From: a virus
Direction: 5' to 3' (one strand)
DNA length: 64,000 nucleotides
Virus record (IMG/VR): IMGVR_UViG_3300021091_000016
Positions 57,167 through 64,000 of the stretch are shown here, one piece after another; the first letter of the stretch is position 1, and every line of letters begins with the position of its first letter. The position numbers were made by a program, and so were the translations under genes. The notes beneath the pieces were generated by a model. The model did not search any database, had not been told where the DNA came from, and saw only the letters and a program-made list of their open reading frames with translations.

Positions 57167-58807
57167 ATGAGTAATGTAAATTATGATAGTAATAGCGAAT
57201 CAAGGTTTAACTTTATGCATGAACTACCATATATACTTATAGATAAATCTCAATTAGTTCCTCTTCCTGGCAATTCTTATCATCTAGAAATTAATAAAAG
57301 TACATTAGTAGAAACTGCTGGCTTGGTAACAGAGCAAGAAATTTATACAAATATATTCGCTTATTGTTTTAAAGATGGATCATCTGTACTTCCTTTCGGT
57401 GTTATATGCTCCGTAAATGAACAAAAACTGTGCGACGGGAAACTAAGCTTATACTTTAGCTGTATAAGAAAAATTGAATCAATAGAAAAGAAATCTGATA
57501 GTAAATGTACTTTTTATATGTCAAAAACAACTCTTAAAAAGGACTCCTATCAATTTGTTAAATTATTTTTAGAGAATGCGCAGAAAAATCCCAATTTAAA
57601 AGACGTGATTGACACAAACGGTTCAATATTCTCAGATATTGTAAATGTCAATCGCTGCCTAGATATCATGGAACCTGATAAAGATTTATTAATTAGGTAT
57701 TTAAGTAGTTCTTCATGGTTCGAAAAGCTATGTGTTGCCGAATATATTCTTTCAGAATACAACTTAAAATTCGAAACAAATACAACGTACAAAAAAGTAA
57801 TCAAACAAGATTCTCCTGTATCTGAAAAGATACTAATGGAAAAGAAAAGATTGAGCTCTATACCTCAATCATCTGCAGAACATGCAGCGACTCAAGATTA
57901 CTTGCAAATATTAGAAAGCTTACCATTCGGTAAAGAAAATGAAGAAACTATTAATGTAGAAAATATTAAGAAAGAACTTAATGAATCTCATTATGGTTTG
58001 GAAAAAATTAAAGACGAAATACTAGATTTCTATGCCTTAAAGCAATTGACAGGTGTAGAAGCCTCTAGTCCTTTTCTCTTAAGTGGGCCTCCAGGTACTG
58101 GTAAAACTACAATAGTTAAAGCTATTGCAAAGGCTACAGGTAGAGACTTTATCTCTATTGCTTTGGGTGGTGTATCTGACGAATCAGAATTTCGTGGACA
58201 TAGACGCACATATGTAGGCGCTAGACCTGGTAGAATTATTAGCGCACTATCAAAATGTAAATCAATGAATCCTATTATCCTACTAGACGAAATTGATAAA
58301 ATTTCTACTAACGGAAACAAAGGAGACCCATTTGGTGCTTTGTTGGAAATTCTAGACCCAGAACAAAACAAAGCATTCATTGATAGATTCTTAGAAATTC
58401 CTATCGATTTATCTAAATGTACATTCTTTTGTACTGCAAATGATACAAATTATATTCCATTAGCAGTGATGGACAGATTAGATGAAATAAAATTTGTTGA
58501 TTATACATCTGAACAAAAAACGCACATTATTAAGAATTACATATTCAATAAAATTAAAACCAATTATAATATGTCAAAATACGATATCGAACTAGAGGAA
58601 AAGCTAATTAATTTTCTTGCTTGTGAGTATAATTTGCGTAAAATTAATAGAGAGATAGAACGTATTTTTAGAAAAAGTGCCTCTAAAATCCTATCAGGAA
58701 AATCCGTTAGCTTAGTAACTATGGATGATTATGATGACATGGATACAGAGGATATACCTATTCAAAAACATAATTCAAATAAAAAGAAAATCGGTTTTTA
58801 CTTATGA
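57167..58807 (+). CDS. Lon-like AAA+ ATPase lacking the protease domain
   Basis: HYGLEKIK, GPPGTGKT, RGHRRTYVGARPGRI, ILLDEIDK, LEILDPEQN; ends after the AAA module. Confidence 0.85.
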   Translation: MSNVNYDSNSESRFNFMHELPYILIDKSQLVPLPGNSYHLEINKSTLVETAGLVTEQEIYTNIFAYCFKDGSSVLPFGVICSVNEQKLCDGKLSLYFSCIRKIESIEKKSDSKCTFYMSKTTLKKDSYQFVKLFLENAQKNPNLKDVIDTNGSIFSDIVNVNRCLDIMEPDKDLLIRYLSSSSWFEKLCVAEYILSEYNLKFETNTTYKKVIKQDSPVSEKILMEKKRLSSIPQSSAEHAATQDYLQILESLPFGKENEETINVENIKKELNESHYGLEKIKDEILDFYALKQLTGVEASSPFLLSGPPGTGKTTIVKAIAKATGRDFISIALGGVSDESEFRGHRRTYVGARPGRIISALSKCKSMNPIILLDEIDKISTNGNKGDPFGALLEILDPEQNKAFIDRFLEIPIDLSKCTFFCTANDTNYIPLAVMDRLDEIKFVDYTSEQKTHIIKNYIFNKIKTNYNMSKYDIELEEKLINFLACEYNLRKINREIERIFRKSASKILSGKSVSLVTMDDYDDMDTEDIPIQKHNSNKKKIGFYL

Positions 58808-59040
58808 AATTAATATGCTTAGATGTAGATAACTGTGGATATTCCACAATGTCAATAACAGATAATTTAGAATACAATATAGATATAAACCAAAACGTTC
58901 AAATGTGCCCTGAATGTAAAGACAGTTTAGCTATGTTAGTAGATGATTTCTTTCATTTTGATACTCTACATCCAGCAGAAAGAAAAAGAATTCAAATTTT
59001 AGAATTTGTAAAAGCCTTAGAGGAAAAAATAAAATTGTAA
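58804..59040 (+). CDS. Small Zn-ribbon-like protein
   Basis: C....C / CPEC. Confidence 0.55.
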   Translation: MKLICLDVDNCGYSTMSITDNLEYNIDINQNVQMCPECKDSLAMLVDDFFHFDTLHPAERKRIQILEFVKALEEKIKL

Positions 59041-59064
59041 TAAAAACTAAAAGGAGAATTAGCT

Positions 59065-59871
59065 TTGGAATTTGAAAGCTTTAGCCTTGACGAAGCGTAT
59101 GATGAGAACCATATAAACTCGTATAAAAAAATAGTATCATTATTAAACAAAATAGATGATAAAATTATGAATTATAAATTTATATTATCTGGCGGATTTT
59201 TAATTTTTCATATGCTTGAAACACATAACGAAAATCGTAAATACAACGATATAGATTTATTTTTCGAATCAAAAGAAGACTTCAATAAATTAAATTCATA
59301 TTTATTAGAGTCTTTCGCTAACAAACAAATTGTATACACAGAATACAAAACAAACAATGCAAACACTTATTCCTTTCAAATTGATTCCAAGGATGTCAAG
59401 CTTCAATTAATTCAAAGTATTTTTGAATCAAAGGAAAAAACCATAGCTTCCTTTGATTTACAAAATTGTCAAATTGCTTTAGATAATAAAGGCGAACTAT
59501 GTATGAATAAAGATTTTGAGAATCTTTATTGGCGAAAAGAATTAAGAGTAAACAAGCTTGTAATCAAATATTTAGAGGAACGCGGCCCTGGTTATCTATT
59601 TACCTTACTGAATAGATTTAAAAAATATCAATGGAGATATAATTTAATAAATTTAAATGAATCTACCATTAAGATAATAGAACAAATAGAACAAGATTAT
59701 TCTCAAGAGATAACAAAAGATAAAACTATAACATGTGTGATTACAACATCCGGAGAATCAGAAGAAGAGATTACAAAAAATCTTTTTGAAGAATGGACTA
59801 GCTTCTTTATTGCATTCTTTAAAGAATATGTAAAAGAAAGCAACTGGATTATAACTAAAACTCAGCTTTAA
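59065..59871 (+). CDS. Pol-beta-superfamily nucleotidyltransferase-like protein
   Basis: ILSGG...YNDIDLFF...LQLI...SFD...CQIA. Confidence 0.65.
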   Translation: MEFESFSLDEAYDENHINSYKKIVSLLNKIDDKIMNYKFILSGGFLIFHMLETHNENRKYNDIDLFFESKEDFNKLNSYLLESFANKQIVYTEYKTNNANTYSFQIDSKDVKLQLIQSIFESKEKTIASFDLQNCQIALDNKGELCMNKDFENLYWRKELRVNKLVIKYLEERGPGYLFTLLNRFKKYQWRYNLINLNESTIKIIEQIEQDYSQEITKDKTITCVITTSGESEEEITKNLFEEWTSFFIAFFKEYVKESNWIITKTQL

Positions 59872-59889
59872 ATTGTAAAGGAAATCATT

Positions 59890-62800
59890 ATGATTATCTC
59901 CATTCCAAACAAAACTACCTGTATGCCAAAGGAAAAATATGAGCTATTAACAAGCCTTAATAGCTATGGTTCACTTAGCAACGAATTCTTAAATGAATTA
60001 GAGCAACAAAAGGTTTACAAAATCGATAATGTAAACTCTGTTATCAGTTCAATTGACAGAAGATATGCTCTATCAAAAAACTTATTTAACAATTTGACTT
60101 ATAAATCAAGACTTAGAAATCAATTGTTTTATCAACAGAATAATGCCTATTTAAATAAATTCTTGACTGTTTTTATAGTTGAAAATTGGCATGACAAAAA
60201 CCAAACATACTTAATTGAAAATATAGTTGCTAACTCTTGTACCCCATTTAAAAATCCTTTCATTCGTAACTTTAATGAATCTAACTTAATGAGATTGCCT
60301 AATCATCTATCAGATCAATATGCTAATTGTAATGGCTTAGAAATTAAAGACATCTATAATATGTGGCGTGCCTCTGATTCCCCAGATGAATTCAATGAAG
60401 TGCTTAAGCAATTAGCAAATGAAAATAAAATTAATCCATTTTATATTTATGCTAATGCAAGTGAGGAAACGATTCGTCAATTAATTGACGAATCAAATTC
60501 AGTTACAAAATCTAATATGAGATCAGATACAATCAGCACTTCAGATGTAAAGAGTATCATAAATAGTGGGGTGCTTGGTTTAAAATATCTCTCTAATTTT
60601 ATTTATGCATATTTATTATGTATCACTAAAGATTCGTTATTACTAGATGTAGAAAATGAATTGCTGACTACTAATAATGGAGAGTATAATTTTATAAATT
60701 TACTTTTTGATTTTTCTGGAATGAATCAAAATACAATTATGGGTGACCAATTCTCTATTACTTCTATGAACTTTGACGGATTTAAATATAGTCCAATTTC
60801 AAGCACAGAAGAAAAACAGTACAAGCTTATTAAAAAATATCATCAATATAAAGTCAGCAATGCAAAGCAAATTGCAACTCAGAATGAACTTCCAGTATTT
60901 TCATGCTTTCCAAAAGAGTGGCTAGATTCTATTGGAATTAATTATTTTGAAAATAATATCAAGGTAGAACCCTCTCTACCTATAGGCTTTGTATACACTA
61001 AGCTCGACAATTATATGTTTAATGTTACAGAGACATCTACCTTAGGTGATTTTTCATTTGTAGGAGATTATACCTTATCTAAGGTTAAAGCTAAAAATGA
61101 AATCGTTAATCTTGTAAACGATAGTCAAAAATCCGTAATTGAAATAGTTGAAAGTGCTTTCAACTTCGAAGTTGAAAAGATTAATTTAAAGGAAGCATTT
61201 TTACAAACACTCACATTTACTAATAATAAGATTAAAGCATTAGTGCTTAACAATTTTACTTCTGGTTCTCAACCATTCAATATGGAAGTAAAACAACTAA
61301 CAAAAAATCAATTGATTCAATCAAACAATGCATTCGTACCAATTGCATTCAAAACAACAAAGATAAATCAATTCACAGGCGAAAAAGAAGAAATTTATTT
61401 TGTAAGCTTAGTTAACTTCCAGCCATTAAGTAGCTTTAGAAAATATACAAAATCTCAAAGATATCTCCAATATCTGAATAATTTGATTGAGTATGATTCT
61501 ATTCAAGACCCATCTATTTATGACCAAATTCTTGTTAAAAGATTTGGAAATACAATTAAATACAATTTAGCAAATCAAGAAGTATACGAAAGCTTTGGAG
61601 AGGATTTCGTTATGAAAATAACTGAGCAAGACGTAAAAGAAATGCAGGTTATTGATAATGAAAAACTAGCTTTTTTAAATGGTAGTTTGAATATAGATGA
61701 AAAGTTAATTACTAAATTCAAAGCCTTAAAAGATAAACAAGATATAATCTTAGCTAAATACACTGAAGAAGATAAAAGACTTACTGATTTAATTGATTCA
61801 AGCATTTTAAATGACAGATATATTGAAGATGATAAAATTCAATTACAATCAATTACAGCTAGATTGAATGAAAGACTTCAACTAAAGGAAACATTTCCTA
61901 CAAAAATTCAATTACAAGAAAAAGTATCCAGTGACCAAAGAGCTTTATTCGAATCAATCTCTAAAGAAGTACAAAAGCTAAATGAAATTCAAATAGAAGC
62001 TAAAAGAGATGCAATTGAAAATAAAAATTATATTCCCGATAGTTTTTTTACTGGGTTAAAAACAAGAGGTATTTACATTCAAGAAATTGAGTATCTGGAT
62101 CAAAATCAAAATACTTTTAAATTTAACGCTAAGAACTTTAATAAGTTGAGTCTTGATAACATTCAAGATTTCACTCTAAGCTCTTTAAGTTTTATCGTTA
62201 ACAAACCATTTAAGATTAAAGTAGATGGAGATGCTGCAAATATCATTTACGCAGGACCAATGAAGGTTCAAATAACAAATTCAAGTATCTCTGTTGGTGC
62301 TTTAAATTCATCTACTATCTTAGGCTTTCTTGATAATAGAAACGCAATGGTACATCCACATTCATCTCCTATGAATTTGAGTAGCAATTTTGTAGCAACC
62401 GAATTCTTTTCATATAGAAGGGGATGCTTAGGCGAATCATCACCATATATTTACAATGCATTTAGCTCTACGTCTCCTTTAAAGAATGTTTTAGTAAATG
62501 CATTCATTTGGTTATCTAGTGCAAATAGTTCAGATCATTGGGGCAGAAATTACAAATTCTTCCCAAGATATGGCAGTACATCACTAGTTAACCTAGAAGA
62601 GGAAGCAATTAACTTAATTACCATCAATGAATATATTGAATCAGAGGAACCATTATTAAAACCTAAAAAACAATGTGAACATGAATATGAAAATTCTATA
62701 TGTATTCATTGTGGATTAGAATGTGTTGACCATAATTACGATTACGATGGTATTTGTACTATATGTGGGCATTACAATTCACGTTATGATGATTCAGATG

Positions 62801-62901
62801 AAGAAGATGAAATCTATGACGAAGAGATAACACCAGAACAAGTAAATACAGCTCCAAATGTATATACACCCTACTCTCCATTAACAAACAATAATAACTA
62901 A
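59890..62901 (+). CDS. Large coiled-coil protein with C-terminal prokaryotic E2-like motif and Cys/His repeats
   Basis: HPH...GCLG; CEHEY...CIHCG...HNY...GICTICG. Confidence 0.5.
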   Translation: MIISIPNKTTCMPKEKYELLTSLNSYGSLSNEFLNELEQQKVYKIDNVNSVISSIDRRYALSKNLFNNLTYKSRLRNQLFYQQNNAYLNKFLTVFIVENWHDKNQTYLIENIVANSCTPFKNPFIRNFNESNLMRLPNHLSDQYANCNGLEIKDIYNMWRASDSPDEFNEVLKQLANENKINPFYIYANASEETIRQLIDESNSVTKSNMRSDTISTSDVKSIINSGVLGLKYLSNFIYAYLLCITKDSLLLDVENELLTTNNGEYNFINLLFDFSGMNQNTIMGDQFSITSMNFDGFKYSPISSTEEKQYKLIKKYHQYKVSNAKQIATQNELPVFSCFPKEWLDSIGINYFENNIKVEPSLPIGFVYTKLDNYMFNVTETSTLGDFSFVGDYTLSKVKAKNEIVNLVNDSQKSVIEIVESAFNFEVEKINLKEAFLQTLTFTNNKIKALVLNNFTSGSQPFNMEVKQLTKNQLIQSNNAFVPIAFKTTKINQFTGEKEEIYFVSLVNFQPLSSFRKYTKSQRYLQYLNNLIEYDSIQDPSIYDQILVKRFGNTIKYNLANQEVYESFGEDFVMKITEQDVKEMQVIDNEKLAFLNGSLNIDEKLITKFKALKDKQDIILAKYTEEDKRLTDLIDSSILNDRYIEDDKIQLQSITARLNERLQLKETFPTKIQLQEKVSSDQRALFESISKEVQKLNEIQIEAKRDAIENKNYIPDSFFTGLKTRGIYIQEIEYLDQNQNTFKFNAKNFNKLSLDNIQDFTLSSLSFIVNKPFKIKVDGDAANIIYAGPMKVQITNSSISVGALNSSTILGFLDNRNAMVHPHSSPMNLSSNFVATEFFSYRRGCLGESSPYIYNAFSSTSPLKNVLVNAFIWLSSANSSDHWGRNYKFFPRYGSTSLVNLEEEAINLITINEYIESEEPLLKPKKQCEHEYENSICIHCGLECVDHNYDYDGICTICGHYNSRYDDSDEEDEIYDEEITPEQVNTAPNVYTPYSPLTNNNN

Positions 62902-62912
62902 GGATTAAAGAT

Positions 62913-64000
62913 ATGAAATCTGTAAATTCATTTAAAATCTTAACACAATCATCTGTAGAACCTTTTATCTCTATGGATTATGATTTAATGCAACAAATTC
63001 AACATATTGTTGAAATCGCACCAAAAGAAGCTCAATGGTTTCATCTAATGGAACAAATTGATTCAGCAGAATTTAGAATCTCAGAGATGTTTATTCCAGA
63101 ACAAATCTGTAGTTCCGTAGAAGTAGATACTGATAGTCAAATGATGGTACGCTTTTGGAATGAACTAAAAGAAAAATATGGCGTAGTAGAAGCCTCTAAT
63201 AAGTTAACTGTAATGACTGTTTGGTGTCACAGTCATCACAATATGGCGCCTAGTCCTAGCGCTCAAGATAATACTCAATTCTATCAATTAGTTAAACAAC
63301 AGAAGGATGCTGGGACTAATAAACCAGTACTTATGTTTATCTTTAATAAACGTAATGAATATTATTCTAGATTATGGGATCCAAAAACTAATTTAGTATA
63401 TGAAGGCTTAGATATCGTTTATACTCATTACGATATGTCTTGGATTGACGCAGAAGCTAAAAAGAAATTTAAAGAACCACCAATCGTACCTAAGAGTTTT
63501 TTAGGTACAACTCCAGCAAATACAAAAGCAACATCTTATTATTGGACGAATCCATTAAAAGATGTACCAGCATATAGCTATACTGGAAAAGCAAATGGCA
63601 ATCATTTAACTGCAAGCACATCATCAAAAATGGCTATTTCAGATTGTTTTGGAGTGACTTACAATGAATTCAATGTAATCACCCAACCAATGGCAGATGA
63701 ATTTGCAAGCTATGTTTCAGATGAATTAGAATCTCAAGAAAAATATATTTTGGCTTCGTTATTAAGAAAAGATAAAAACTTTTACAATAAAGCTTTAGAA
63801 GCAAAGAATAAGAAAATCGCTCCTAAACCATTCAAAGAAACAATTATCAAAGCTATTACCTCTAATAAAATGACAATTGGATTACTAGAATGCATTTTGA
63901 CAAATGTATTTGAAATGTATGACCAATTATTAATAGAGGATAAAGAAAGCTTTGATGTCTGGACAACAGATGTTATCGATATGATGGAAGAAACACTAAC
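62913..64000 (+). CDS. JAB/JAMM metalloprotease-domain protein, truncated by the window edge
   Basis: Manual translation: E...WCHSHHNMAPSPSAQD fits HxH-x7-S-x2-D; AAGGA RBS. Confidence 0.8.
   Translation, partial: MKSVNSFKILTQSSVEPFISMDYDLMQQIQHIVEIAPKEAQWFHLMEQIDSAEFRISEMFIPEQICSSVEVDTDSQMMVRFWNELKEKYGVVEASNKLTVMTVWCHSHHNMAPSPSAQDNTQFYQLVKQQKDAGTNKPVLMFIFNKRNEYYSRLWDPKTNLVYEGLDIVYTHYDMSWIDAEAKKKFKEPPIVPKSFLGTTPANTKATSYYWTNPLKDVPAYSYTGKANGNHLTASTSSKMAISDCFGVTYNEFNVITQPMADEFASYVSDELESQEKYILASLLRKDKNFYNKALEAKNKKIAPKPFKETIIKAITSNKMTIGLLECILTNVFEMYDQLLIEDKESFDVWTTDVIDMMEETL

Overview
This window is part of a large, AT-rich tailed (myovirus-like) phage genome with two divergent arms. The minus arm (1-31.7 kb) is a virion morphogenesis module: three tail-tube paralogs, sheath, neck/adaptor proteins, major capsid, prohead protease/scaffold, portal, large terminase, probable small terminase and a 1566-aa nuclease-domain protein. 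The plus arm (31.8-64 kb) opens with a visibly GC-richer, RNA-dense 'early' island (~31.8-45.9 kb). That island holds a 1843-aa single-chain two-barrel RNA polymerase (YonO/QDE-1 type motifs), seven plus-strand hammerhead ribozymes, most of them just after stop codons, and nine copies of a GACGAGACG promoter-like motif. It also contains pseudoknots and a tRNA-elbow mimic. Further right are purA/purB, AlkB, RNase H, a tRNA-CAT plus a degenerate tRNA-like element, ThyX, SSB, a protease-less Lon-like ATPase, and an E2-like plus JAB gene pair. Three dispersed arrays of a TGTCA-N4-TGACA palindrome with an exact 24-bp period also occur. The best candidate for a new system is the polymerase + promoter motif + hammerhead array, read as a self-processing early transcription unit. 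All assignments come from motif reading by eye; no database search was run.
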